Assembly (NCBI GenBank): GCA_965250285.1
Contig: OZ252299.1
Coordinates: 5,888,001-5,952,000 of the forward strand
Origin: Myxococcota bacterium
Lineage (GTDB): Bacteria > Myxococcota_A > UBA9160 > UBA4427
Direction of reading: 5' to 3'
DNA: 64,000 nt
Below, in pieces: positions 20,662-30,859 of the stretch. The translations under genes and the position numbers were made by a program. Each line of letters starts with the position of its first letter. Within the stretch, counting starts at the first letter, position 1. The notes beneath the pieces are model-generated. The model worked only from the letters and a program-made list of their open reading frames with translations. It had not been told where the DNA came from and searched no databases.

Positions 20662-21855
20662 CTACCAGGCGGCGGGCAGGGCGCGCGGTCCGCGCAGCAG
20701 AATGCCCCGCGGCGCGTGTGCCTCGGCGTCGATGAGACGCAGACCGGGCAGTCGCTCGGTCAGCACGCGCAGCGCCACCCGCAGGTTCTTCTGGGCGAGG
20801 TGCATGCCCGGGCACGTGCGCAGCCCGGGGCCGAACGTGAGCAGACCCTCGGGTCGGCGTTCGATGTCGAAGCGATCGGGGTCGGGGAAGACGTCTGGAT
20901 CGCGATTCGCCGCGGCGATGCCGAACAAGACCGACGTGCTCGGCTTCATCGCACAGCCTTCGAACTCGATCTCATCGTCGGGTCGGCTGAACCGCGGCTG
21001 GGCCGCGACCGGCGGACACCAACGAAGCAGCTCCTGCACGGCGTCGTCGACGCGCCCGGGCTCGTCCACGCATGCGCGCCACGCGTCGGGATGCGTGCCG
21101 AGCGCAAAGATCAGGTTGCCGAGGGCATCCGACGTCGTCGTCGCGCCCGCCGTGAAGAAGAGGCGGATGTGCGCCAGCATCTTCTCGCGCGAGACGGGCG
21201 CTCCTTCGACCTCGGTCGCCAGCCAACTGCTGATGACGTCGTCGCGTGGCTCGGCCTCGCGGGCATCGATGATCGGTTCGACGTATCGCGTGAGCAGCGC
21301 GTCGGCGGCCCGACTCTTGGCCAGGTCGCGGCCCCCGAACATCAGATCCATCGACCATTGATAGAAGTCGTCCTCGCGGTCGCGCGGCAGCCCCAGCTGG
21401 CGGCAGATGATCGCGAACGCGAAGCGGTGGCTGAACGTCGGAACGAGATCGGCGCGCCCGTCGGCTTCGATGCGGTCGATCAGCTCATGGCCGATCGGGA
21501 CCAGCTCGGCCTCTTCGAGGCGGTCGATCTCGGTGCGACGGAAAGCCGGCGTCATCGGGGGACGCCAGACGCGATGCCCGGGTGAATCCATCGACATGAA
21601 CGTCTCGCCGATGAAAGGCTGCGAGATGATCTGATACGCGTGTCCGGCGGGGAAGCGCTCGCCATCGCGGAATGCGTTGGCGAGAGCTTCGTAGCCGACG
21701 ATGTAGTGAACGGGCAGGGCGCCGCCCAGCGCGTGGACGGGCACGACCGGGCCGTGCGCGCGGAGCGCGTGCAGCCCCTCGGCGAACGCGGGGCCCGGCA
21801 TCTCGTCGTAGTACCAATCGGCTTCGAGCCAGTTGTATGACTGCGAGTCGGTCAT
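20662..21855 (-). CDS. Cytochrome P450
   Basis: I-helix AGATTT, ELLR (ExxR), AANRDP, FGPGLRTCPG heme motif. Confidence 0.93.
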   Translation of the reverse strand: MTDSQSYNWLEADWYYDEMPGPAFAEGLHALRAHGPVVPVHALGGALPVHYIVGYEALANAFRDGERFPAGHAYQIISQPFIGETFMSMDSPGHRVWRPPMTPAFRRTEIDRLEEAELVPIGHELIDRIEADGRADLVPTFSHRFAFAIICRQLGLPRDREDDFYQWSMDLMFGGRDLAKSRAADALLTRYVEPIIDAREAEPRDDVISSWLATEVEGAPVSREKMLAHIRLFFTAGATTTSDALGNLIFALGTHPDAWRACVDEPGRVDDAVQELLRWCPPVAAQPRFSRPDDEIEFEGCAMKPSTSVLFGIAAANRDPDVFPDPDRFDIERRPEGLLTFGPGLRTCPGMHLAQKNLRVALRVLTERLPGLRLIDAEAHAPRGILLRGPRALPAAW

Positions 21856-22144
21856 GGGAAGCTCCTCGCGCGCGGGCCGTCGCCTGTTCGTCGCCACCGG
21901 GCGTGGGCCCGGCGCAGGCGCGTCCGCTCGCGTGTTCGGCCGCGAAGCGGGGGTTTCCGCACCCTGCGCGCGATGCATCGTGATAGGGTGCGGCAGTCTA
22001 ACCCAGCGAGGGTCGCCCACCTCGTCGCCCATCGAACCCACGCCGCACGCCCGCGATTCGTCCCTCGCCGGTGTCTCGGCGGGCTTCGTTGGCGACACGC
22101 GCCCGTGGCGCGCAGCAGCGATCCCCGCTCTCAGGAGCGCAACG

Positions 22145-24658
22145 ATGCACTCGATCCGGCGGCGGCACCTCCTTCCTCTTCTCTCGGTCTTCGCGCTGGC
22201 GCTCCTCGGCACCGAGTCGTGCGACAAGTACGGGCTCGGCAGCCCCTTCCTGTTCTTCCGAGCACCGCTCTTCCTGCAGGTCTCACTGCCCGATGCCGTG
22301 GCCGTCGATCTGCACCTGAGCGAGCTCGTCGACGTCGAGTCGCTCGAGATCTTGCTCGACGACGAAGCGCTCGATCCGGCCAGCTACCAGATCAGCGAGG
22401 GCGAAGGCCGATTCGAGATCTTCTCGCCGCTCAAGGCCGAGGCGGTTCTGTCGGGCCTCGAAGACGGTGAGCACTGGCTCGTCGCGCGGGCGACGGTCGA
22501 CTTCTTCTTTTTCGAGAAGACGCTGCATGCCGCCACGCGCTTCGACACGACCGATCTCGAGCGGCCCGACGAGTGCGAGATCCTGAACAACGCAAACTGC
22601 ACGCTGCCCTTCCCGTCGTCGCGCTTCCTCGACGATGTCGGTGACGAGACGGCCTCGGGTCGGCGCATGAACTTTCCGGTCGTCACGCTCACGGGCGTAC
22701 CGGGCCCTGAGCTCGACCCCGCACCGCTGAACCGGCTCGATGGCTTCGCGCCCACGGTGCAGATCCTCGCCCACCTCGAAGGCGTCGACCCCGAAGCGTC
22801 GGATGCTGCGCGGCTGCTGCCCGGCGTGCCGCAGAGCCCGCCCTACGTCGACGTCCGCACCCACGACGATCGCTCGCTCGACGACGACAGCCCGACCGTG
22901 CTGCTCGACGTCGAAACCGGTGAGCGGATCCTGCACTGGGTCGAGGTCGATCAGACGCCGGCCGCGCTCGCCGATGCGTCGCGACAGGTGCTGTTCATTC
23001 GGCCGGCCGTCGCGCTTCACCCCGACCGCCAGTACGTCGTCGCGCTGCGCAACATGAAGGATGCCGCCGGCGAGCTGCTCGAGCCCGAGCCGGTCTTCCG
23101 CGCCCTGCGCGACCGGTCGCCGAGTACGATCCCGGCGCTCGAGGCGCGCCGGGACGAGATGGAGGCGATCTTCGACGCGCTCAAGGCGTCGGGCATCTCG
23201 CGCTGGAATCTGCAGCTCGCATTCGGGTTCGCGACGCGCAGCGAAGAGCAGCTGCACGAGCGCATGCTCACGATGCGCGACGATGCCCTCGGTTGGCTCG
23301 CGGCGCTCGCTCCCGATGACGTCTCGGGCTTGACCGACCTCGAGGTCGACGAGCTCAGCAGCTGCGAAGGCGACTCGACGGGCACGTGGCGCAAGATCAA
23401 GGGCAACTTCCACGGCCCGAGCTACATGACGGCCGACATCGACAACCCCCTCAACGTGGCCGTCCTCAACATCGGCGCCGACGGGCTGCCCGAGATGAAC
23501 GGCACCCACCCCATCGCCTGGTCTCTCGCAGTGCCGTGCTCGGTCTATCGAGGCGAGGCCACCGGCTACCCGCTCCTGCTCGGTCATGGCTTTCTCGGCA
23601 ACGGCGAAGGGCTGGTGAACGGCTTCGCGAGCGGCGGCATCTTCGGCGCCGACGCACCGATCTCGTACATCGCCGGTGCGACCGACTGGCGAGGCCTCTC
23701 GCGAGGCTTCACCGGGCCCGACGCACTCAATATCGTGTTGAACGTGATCGGAACGGTCGACACGGGCAACCGATTCAATACGTTCGAGACGCTGCCCCAT
23801 CGCCTGCAGCAGGGTGTGGTCAATACGCTCGTTCTGTCGCGCATGATGAAGAGCGGCTTCTTCAACCGACTCGAGGCGCTGCAACGCGTGCCGGGCGATC
23901 CGTCGACCGGCGTGTTCACGCCCGACGAGGAGATGTTCTACTTCGGCGTCAGCCTGGGCGGCATCTACGGCACGATGTACGCCGGTCTCAACCAGGACAC
24001 GATTCGCCACAATGTCGTCGTTCCGGCCATGAACTTCTCGCTCTTGCAGCAGCGCTCGACGCAGTTCCCCGTGTTCCTGGCATTGCTCGAGGCGATCGGC
24101 CTCACCGACCCGATGGAGATGGCGGTGTTGCTGGGTGTACAGCACGAGCTCTGGGTCGATGCCGATCCGACGGCCTACATCCGCAACGTGACGGGCAACG
24201 TCGATGCGCCGCTGCCCAACACGCCGCCGAAGAAGATGCTCGTCACCGTGGCCTGGCTCGACAAGCAGGTGTCGAACCAGGCGACCGAGATCTTCACCCG
24301 GTCGATGGGGGTGCCGAACGTGGGTGGATCGATGCAGCAGGCCATGCCCGGCATCGAGGACATCTCGGCTGACTGGGGGGCCGGTGAACCGGGCCTCGAG
24401 TCGGGCATGCAGATCTTCGACTCGGGCTACTTCGACATCTTCGACCCGGCCTTCGACCCGGTCGTGCCGGCGCTCGCGAACCTGATCCCGAGCAGCGCAT
24501 GCGACCCCCACAACGCTCCGCTCTCGACGCCCGCGGCGATCGACCAAATTGCCGCATTCCTGCAGCCGGGTGGGCTCGTTTGGAGCTTCTGTGACGGTGC
24601 CTGCGATGCGCAGTCCGAGCACGAGAAGCCGAGCGGCGAGTGCAACCCGCTCGAGTGA
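22145..24658 (+). CDS. Large exported alpha/beta-hydrolase-like (lipase-type) protein, probable lipoprotein
   Basis: Hydrophobic N-terminus with Cys; PFPS, LDGF, GHGFLG and GVSLGG nucleophile elbow; C-terminal DPH. Confidence 0.65.
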   Translation: MHSIRRRHLLPLLSVFALALLGTESCDKYGLGSPFLFFRAPLFLQVSLPDAVAVDLHLSELVDVESLEILLDDEALDPASYQISEGEGRFEIFSPLKAEAVLSGLEDGEHWLVARATVDFFFFEKTLHAATRFDTTDLERPDECEILNNANCTLPFPSSRFLDDVGDETASGRRMNFPVVTLTGVPGPELDPAPLNRLDGFAPTVQILAHLEGVDPEASDAARLLPGVPQSPPYVDVRTHDDRSLDDDSPTVLLDVETGERILHWVEVDQTPAALADASRQVLFIRPAVALHPDRQYVVALRNMKDAAGELLEPEPVFRALRDRSPSTIPALEARRDEMEAIFDALKASGISRWNLQLAFGFATRSEEQLHERMLTMRDDALGWLAALAPDDVSGLTDLEVDELSSCEGDSTGTWRKIKGNFHGPSYMTADIDNPLNVAVLNIGADGLPEMNGTHPIAWSLAVPCSVYRGEATGYPLLLGHGFLGNGEGLVNGFASGGIFGADAPISYIAGATDWRGLSRGFTGPDALNIVLNVIGTVDTGNRFNTFETLPHRLQQGVVNTLVLSRMMKSGFFNRLEALQRVPGDPSTGVFTPDEEMFYFGVSLGGIYGTMYAGLNQDTIRHNVVVPAMNFSLLQQRSTQFPVFLALLEAIGLTDPMEMAVLLGVQHELWVDADPTAYIRNVTGNVDAPLPNTPPKKMLVTVAWLDKQVSNQATEIFTRSMGVPNVGGSMQQAMPGIEDISADWGAGEPGLESGMQIFDSGYFDIFDPAFDPVVPALANLIPSSACDPHNAPLSTPAAIDQIAAFLQPGGLVWSFCDGACDAQSEHEKPSGECNPLE

Positions 24659-25070
24659 GACGGCGGGCCTGACCGCCTGAGGTCGGGCCCCGAGAGCCTC
24701 GAGCAGCGTTCGAATCGGCCCGGTCGTGCATGCGACCGGGCCGATGCACGTTCGGAGCTCGCTCGCGCGTCGATCGGCCGGTCGTCGCTCCCGTCGCAGC
24801 GCATCATTGCGATGGGACGGCACTGGCCCCGGGCGACCTCCGCCAGCGCGTCGACCCGGCCCCGCCGAACGAAGCCTGCTTTCCCCGCACCCGTTCGAGC
24901 CCCCTGCTCTTCAACCGAGCTGCGCAATGACTGCCGCTCGCGCGCGTCTGCGCCTCAAGTCGCTTGCGGGTTCTCCGATGCAGCGTGGAGCCGTTCGCGC
25001 TCTCGTCGGGTGGGGTGTGCCCCCCTGACCGGGCGTCGAGTGGCCCAATTACACCGAACCGGAGGGGCCG

Positions 25071-27077
25071 ATGCGCCGTTCGAACCGCCCGCGCCGCACC
25101 CACGCGGGCCTCATTGCCGACCTTCAGATCGCATTCGCGTGTCTCATCGCGCTCATCGTGCCGGCGGGCACCGCGTGGGCGACCGACGACCTGGCCGACA
25201 TGAGCCTCGAAGATCTCATGAACGTCACGGTGACCTCGGCAGCGAAGCGTGAGCAGAACCTGGTCGACGCCGCGGCGGCGATCACGGTGCTCACGCAAGA
25301 AGACATCCGCCGCTCGGGCGCCACGAGCATCCCCGAAGCGCTGCGCCTCGTCCCCGGTCTCAACGTCGCGCGCATCAACTCGAGCCGCTGGGCGATCTCG
25401 GCTCGTGGCTACAACGGTCAATTCGCGAACAAGATGCTGGTGCTGATCGACGGCCGCGTCGTGTACACGCCGCTCTTCGGCGGCGTGTACTGGGACGTTC
25501 AGGACACGATGCTCGAAGACATCGATCGCATCGAGGTCATTCGTGGTCCCGGCGGCACGCTCTGGGGCGCGAACGCGGTGAACGGCGTCATCAACATCAC
25601 GACGAAGAGCGCCAAAGACACCGAGGGCGTGCTCGTCACCGGGATCGCCGGCAATCAGGAATACATCGGCGAGGGCCGCGTCGGCGTGAAGGTCGGCGAC
25701 CACACCGGGTTTCGCGCCTACGGCAAGGGCTTCAAGCGTGAAGCGTTCACGTACCCCGACGTCGTGACGCGTGAGCCGCATGATGCCTGGTGGCAGGGCC
25801 GGGCGGGCGCCCGGCTCGACTCGCAGCTCAGCGAAGACGACCTCTTCACGCTGCAGGGCGACTTCTACAAGGGCAAAGAGCAAGACCCGGGCGGTCTGCT
25901 CACGGGCCCCGTGCCGCCCTTCCCGCCCGACACCGAAGTCAAGGGCGGCAATGTGCTCAGCCGCTGGACCCACACGTTCACCGAGACGCAGTCGCTCGAG
26001 ATGCAGGCGTACTGGGACAACACGCAGCGCACCTGGGCCGGCGTCGACGAGACTCGAAACATGGTCGACGTGCAGGCGCAGCACAACTTTCAGCTCGAGG
26101 GGGGCGGCACCTGGCTCTTCAACTGGGGCACCGAATACACGTGGAACGGCGATGATCTCGTCTCGACCGGCGCGCTGACGTTCGATCCCGACGAGGACGA
26201 CTTCCATCGCGTGAGTGGCTTCGCCCAGGTGCAGTGGAACTACTTCGACGACCGCCTCCAGATCATCGGCGGCAGCAAGCTCGAGTGGAACAACTGGACC
26301 GACTTCGAGTACCAGCCCACCGGCAAGGTGCTCTGGAAGTTCCTCGAAGGGAACGTCGTCTGGGCATCGGTCTCGCGCGCCGTGCGGGCCCCGACCCGCG
26401 TCGAACGCGCGATCCGGGTGCTCACGGTCGTGGGCAACCCCAACGTTCAGTCCGAAGACCTGCTCGCCTACGAGTTCGGCTTCCGAAACTACGTGATCGA
26501 GAACCTGAGCTTCGATCTCGCGCTCTTCTACAACGACTACACCAACTTCTCGGCGATCGAGAACACGGTCGACTTCGCCAACAACATCGATTCGCGGGCC
26601 TATGGCGGCGAGTTCGAGGTGAACTGGAAGCCGCTCGACCAGCTGCGCTTCGTCACCAGCTACGCCTACCTGAGGGTCGAGGACGAGGTGCCGGCGAACA
26701 CCACGCAGGTGTTCGGTACCAACGAGGGCTCGGCACCGCAGCACACGTGGATGATGCGCGGTCTCTGGAGCCTGCCCTGGGCCCCCGTCGAGCTCGACTC
26801 GACCGTCTGGTACGTGGGCAAGTTGACGGGGCGATACGACCCGGTGTACGCGAGCCAGCCGATCGTGAACCCGGCCACCGATCCCATCATCGGTGCGTAC
26901 TGGCGACTCGACGCTCGTGTCGCGTGGCAGGCCCTCGATTGGCTCGGCCTCGAGTTCGCAGCGCAGAACATCACCGACAAGCAGCACGCTGAGTGGGGCG
27001 TGTCCGAAGAGCTGCAGCTCTTCCCCGGCAACTACGTCCCGCGCAGCTACTACGGGAAGGTCACGCTCTCGTTCTGA
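25071..27077 (+). CDS. TonB-dependent receptor (paralog 1)
   Basis: MSLEDLMNVTVTSAAK, ANKMLVLIDGR, IDRIEVIRGPGGTLWGANAVNGVINI; C-terminal F. Confidence 0.95.
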   Translation: MRRSNRPRRTHAGLIADLQIAFACLIALIVPAGTAWATDDLADMSLEDLMNVTVTSAAKREQNLVDAAAAITVLTQEDIRRSGATSIPEALRLVPGLNVARINSSRWAISARGYNGQFANKMLVLIDGRVVYTPLFGGVYWDVQDTMLEDIDRIEVIRGPGGTLWGANAVNGVINITTKSAKDTEGVLVTGIAGNQEYIGEGRVGVKVGDHTGFRAYGKGFKREAFTYPDVVTREPHDAWWQGRAGARLDSQLSEDDLFTLQGDFYKGKEQDPGGLLTGPVPPFPPDTEVKGGNVLSRWTHTFTETQSLEMQAYWDNTQRTWAGVDETRNMVDVQAQHNFQLEGGGTWLFNWGTEYTWNGDDLVSTGALTFDPDEDDFHRVSGFAQVQWNYFDDRLQIIGGSKLEWNNWTDFEYQPTGKVLWKFLEGNVVWASVSRAVRAPTRVERAIRVLTVVGNPNVQSEDLLAYEFGFRNYVIENLSFDLALFYNDYTNFSAIENTVDFANNIDSRAYGGEFEVNWKPLDQLRFVTSYAYLRVEDEVPANTTQVFGTNEGSAPQHTWMMRGLWSLPWAPVELDSTVWYVGKLTGRYDPVYASQPIVNPATDPIIGAYWRLDARVAWQALDWLGLEFAAQNITDKQHAEWGVSEELQLFPGNYVPRSYYGKVTLSF

Positions 27078-27155
27078 CGTCGAACCGATTCGCAGCGGCG
27101 CAGATCGCGCCGAGGGGTCCAGTCGATTCGGCGGCGGTCGAGGTGGAGGTTTGAA

Positions 27156-29120
27156 ATGACCTTGATGCACCGATTCTTCGTCCGCAGCATCGTGTCTGCA
27201 GCGGTCTTGCTCGTGGCGGCCGGCTCGGCTCAGGCCGCCGACGATCTGGCGGACATGAGCCTCGAAGACCTCATGAACGTCACCGTCACGTCGGCGGCAA
27301 AGCGTGAGCAGAACAAATCGGACGCGGCTGCGGCCATCACGGTGCTCACGCAAGAGGACATTCGCCGCTCGGGTGCGACGAGCATCCCCGAGGTGCTTCG
27401 GCTGGTGCCTGGTCTGCAGGTGGCGCGGATCGACGCGCATCGCTGGGCCATCTCGGGTCGCGGCTACAACGGACAGTTCGCAAACAAGATGCTCGTGCTG
27501 ATCGATGGCCGCGTGGTCTACAGCCCGCTCTTCGGTGGCGTGTACTGGGACGTGCAGGACACCGTCATGCACGACATCGACCGGATCGAGGTGATTCGCG
27601 GCCCGGGCGGCACGCTCTGGGGCGCGAATGCCGTGAATGGCGTCATCAACATCACGACGAAGAGCGCCAAGGATACGCACGGTGTGCACGCGATGGGTGC
27701 CGCCGGCAATCAGGAGTACATCGGCGAAGGTCGATACGGCGGCGAGGTCGGCGGGCACACGTCGTACAGGGCCTGGGGCCGGGGCTTCAAGCGTGATGAC
27801 TTCACGATGCCCGATGACGCGACCTACCAGGCTCACGACGGCTGGTGGCAGTGGCGCGTGGGAGCGCGCATCGACTCTCAGCTGACCGAAGATGATCTGG
27901 TCACGCTCCAGGGCGATTTCTACGACGGCCAGGAAGAGGCGACGTCGTACGCTTTTCCGGTCGGGCCCGTCGTCGAGGACAACGATACGACGTATCGGGG
28001 CGGCAACGTGCTCGGGCGCTGGACGCACGAGATCACCGAGAAGCAGTCGCTCGAGATCCAGGCGTACTGGGATCAGACCCAGCGCGATGGCGATACGAAC
28101 GGCGAGACGCGCAACACCGCCGACGTCCAGATCCAGCACGACTTCGTGCTCGAGGGCGGCGGGACGTGGATCTTCAACTGGGGCACCGAGTACTTCTGGA
28201 CCGGTGACGACGTCGCAAACGGCACCGGAACGACCTTCGATCCGACGAAGGAGGACTTCCACCGCGCGAGCGGCTTCGCTCAGGTGCAGTGGAACTACTT
28301 CGAGGATCGCCTGCAGGTGATCGGCGGCACGAAGCTCGAGTGGAACAGCTTCACCGACTTCGAGTACCAGCCCACCGGCCGAGTGCTCGTGAAGCCGATC
28401 GAAGGCAACGTGCTCTGGGGCTCGGTCTCGCGCGCGGTGCGTGCCCCCACGCGCATCGACCGCGACATCTTCTTCGACGCGGTGATCATTCAGGTCTTCG
28501 GCAACAAGAACATCCAGTCGGAAGACCTGCTCGCGTTCGAGTTCGGCTACCGCAATCTGATGCTCGACAACCTGACGGTCGATGTGTCGGCGTTCTTCAA
28601 CCAGTACACCGATCTGGTCGCCCTGAGTGGCACCACGTTCGACAACGGCGGCAAGTCGAAGGCGCGCGGCGTCGAGGTCGAGGTCGCGTGGGCGCCGATC
28701 AAGCCCCTGCGCTTCGTCACAGGCTACACCTTCCTGCGCATGAAGGACGACTTCGCCACGGGCTCCACCCCGATCTTCGGTGCGAACGAGGGCTCGAGCC
28801 CCGAGCACACGTGGATGCTTCGTGGCTTCTGGAATCTGCCGGTCGTGCCGGTCGAGCTCGACAGCACCGTCTGGTACTACGGCAAGCTCACCAGCCGCTT
28901 CGACCCGTCACAGCTGCCCGTCGTCGGTGACCCCGTGCCGGCCTACTGGCGCCTCGATGCGCGCATCGCCTGGCAGGCCCTCGACTGGCTCGGTCTCGAG
29001 TTCGTTGGCCAGAACCTGATCGAGTCGCAGCACATCGAGTGGGGCGAGGGTGTGATCGCGCTCTTCCCGGGCACCTACGTGCCGCGCAGCTACTACGGCA
29101 AGGTGACGCTCACCTTCTAG
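27156..29120 (+). CDS. TonB-dependent receptor (paralog 2)
   Basis: Plug motifs near-identical to paralog 1; ends PRSYYGKVTLTF. Confidence 0.95.
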   Translation: MTLMHRFFVRSIVSAAVLLVAAGSAQAADDLADMSLEDLMNVTVTSAAKREQNKSDAAAAITVLTQEDIRRSGATSIPEVLRLVPGLQVARIDAHRWAISGRGYNGQFANKMLVLIDGRVVYSPLFGGVYWDVQDTVMHDIDRIEVIRGPGGTLWGANAVNGVINITTKSAKDTHGVHAMGAAGNQEYIGEGRYGGEVGGHTSYRAWGRGFKRDDFTMPDDATYQAHDGWWQWRVGARIDSQLTEDDLVTLQGDFYDGQEEATSYAFPVGPVVEDNDTTYRGGNVLGRWTHEITEKQSLEIQAYWDQTQRDGDTNGETRNTADVQIQHDFVLEGGGTWIFNWGTEYFWTGDDVANGTGTTFDPTKEDFHRASGFAQVQWNYFEDRLQVIGGTKLEWNSFTDFEYQPTGRVLVKPIEGNVLWGSVSRAVRAPTRIDRDIFFDAVIIQVFGNKNIQSEDLLAFEFGYRNLMLDNLTVDVSAFFNQYTDLVALSGTTFDNGGKSKARGVEVEVAWAPIKPLRFVTGYTFLRMKDDFATGSTPIFGANEGSSPEHTWMLRGFWNLPVVPVELDSTVWYYGKLTSRFDPSQLPVVGDPVPAYWRLDARIAWQALDWLGLEFVGQNLIESQHIEWGEGVIALFPGTYVPRSYYGKVTLTF

Positions 29121-29171
29121 CCGAAGCACGAACAAGCGGGGCGTGGCCGGCGACGGCTGCCCTCGCGACGC

Positions 29172-29217
29172 AAAAGAGAGAGGCCCCGGTGCACTGCACC
29201 GGGGCCTCTCTTCGTTT
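29172..29217. terminator. Likely bidirectional rho-independent terminator
   Basis: Long inverted repeat GAGAGGCCCCGGTGC...GCACCGGGGCCTCTC flanked by A- and T-rich tails between convergent genes. Confidence 0.8.
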
Positions 29218-29229
29218 CGGCGGCCGGGC

Positions 29230-29886
29230 TCAGAAGCGGAAGACGACGTGGCCCATGTAGGTGAGGTAGTCGAGGTCGGCGAGCACGCTCGTCGGGATGA
29301 TGTACGCGACCTCGCCCGACAGCGCGATGTGGGGCGTCAGGTAGAAGTCGAGGCCGCCGCCGGCGCGACCGGCGAACGCGATCTCCTTGATCGAGCCAAC
29401 GAAGGCGCCGTTCGGGGCGTAGGAGTCGATCCCACCCCAGACCAGACCGACACCGCCCATGGCGTAGGGCTGGATGCGTCCACCGAAGGGGTAGAGCTTG
29501 AGGTTGCCGAAGCCGGTGACCGACACGAGCTCGGTGCGCGAGCCATCGGTGAAGTTCGTCTCGAACCCCTTGGCCGACCAGTCGATGCTGGCGTCGAAGG
29601 CCAGGTACTTGTTGAAGCGGGCCCCCGCGCGCAGGCCGAGGATCAGCGCCTCGCTCACGAAGTCGTTGGCCCCCTCGAACTGGCCGCGGAACATCGAGTG
29701 CGCCCCGCCGACACCGAGCGAGAGGTAGCCGCCCGGGCGCGCGAAGTCGTTCTTCTTCTGGCCGCCGCCCGCGCTGCCGAGATAGTCGTCGGCCGCCGCC
29801 GGGTGAGCGAGCAGGGCGATCCCCAGGGCGAGCAGCGAAGCGGCGAAGCCTCGGCGGATCGGTCGCGGGTGCGTGGGATGGGGCAT
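29230..29886 (-). CDS. Small outer-membrane beta-barrel protein (OmpA/OmpW-like)
   Basis: Signal peptide, QPYAMGGVG, GGGLDFYL, alternating strands, C-terminal F. Confidence 0.8.
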   Translation of the reverse strand: MPHPTHPRPIRRGFAASLLALGIALLAHPAAADDYLGSAGGGQKKNDFARPGGYLSLGVGGAHSMFRGQFEGANDFVSEALILGLRAGARFNKYLAFDASIDWSAKGFETNFTDGSRTELVSVTGFGNLKLYPFGGRIQPYAMGGVGLVWGGIDSYAPNGAFVGSIKEIAFAGRAGGGLDFYLTPHIALSGEVAYIIPTSVLADLDYLTYMGHVVFRF

Positions 29887-30237
29887 CGGGTTTCTCCTCG
29901 TACGTGCGGTGCGAAGCGGCGGCGAGCGGTCGGGTGGGGCCGCTGTGAGTGCATCGTGCTCGGGGCCCCGTGGCGCAGCGATTGGGGTGGGCCCCGCAGT
30001 TCCAGTGGGAGCGGAACCTTCGCCGCCCGCCGTGGCCGAGCGAGTTCTCCCCGCCCGCTCATGGATCACTCTACGGCATTCGCTCTGGGGGCTTCATCGG
30101 CCAACCGGTCTAGGCCGGCTGATCGGGGCGGGAGCGGGGGGCTGAGAAGGGGCTCAGCGCGTCGACGAGGCGTGCCTCGGCCGGCTCGGTGCGGCGATGC
30201 TGCAACGTTCGCCCCACTGCTGGCCGATGGCGGTGCG

Positions 30238-30717
30238 CTAGCTCGGTGCGCCGCGCCCCTGCTCGAGCAGCTGCTTCATGCGCTCGAGCGTAACGGCGTG
30301 TGCTTCGCTCGCCTGCTTGACGACGAACCGCCGCAGACCGAACGGGGCCTTGACGAAGACACGCTCTTCGAGCCGGGTGATGTGCGGCGAGCCGCCTTCT
30401 TCGAGCAGGTAGAGGGTGACGAGGCGAACGCCCGGCGACTGCCAGGCGTGGCCGCGCACCTCGCGCGGTGAGTGTGACTCGAGGGCCGCCACGTACGTGG
30501 TGCGCAGCCGCAGCGGGCCGAAGGGGATGCGATCGACGACGCGCCAGCGGCGTGCACCGGGCAGGTGCTCGGCGGGCTCGATCTCTTCGATCGACTCGAT
30601 CAAGGGATGCAGCGGGCGGTAGTGCTCGAGGTCGCAGAGCACCGCGTGCAGGTCGTCGGCCGCGACGTCGATCGTTACGTGGTGCACGAAGTCGGGGGCG
30701 CGGCCGAAGTCAGCCAT
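30238..30717 (-). CDS. SRPBCC/polyketide cyclase family protein
   Basis: LCDLEHYRPLHPLI N-terminal motif and C-terminal helix (HAVTLERMKQLLE). Confidence 0.75.
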   Translation of the reverse strand: MADFGRAPDFVHHVTIDVAADDLHAVLCDLEHYRPLHPLIESIEEIEPAEHLPGARRWRVVDRIPFGPLRLRTTYVAALESHSPREVRGHAWQSPGVRLVTLYLLEEGGSPHITRLEERVFVKAPFGLRRFVVKQASEAHAVTLERMKQLLEQGRGAPS

Positions 30718-30859
30718 CGGGTCGCGCGCCTCCACGTAGACCCCCTTTGGCTCGTTCGCCGTGATTCGACCGGCGGGGCGACGCGCGCGCCCGTCGGTGC
30801 GGTGACCGGCGCGCGCAACGATGTGATCCGACCCGAGGTCGGTCGGGTTCACCCAGGGC

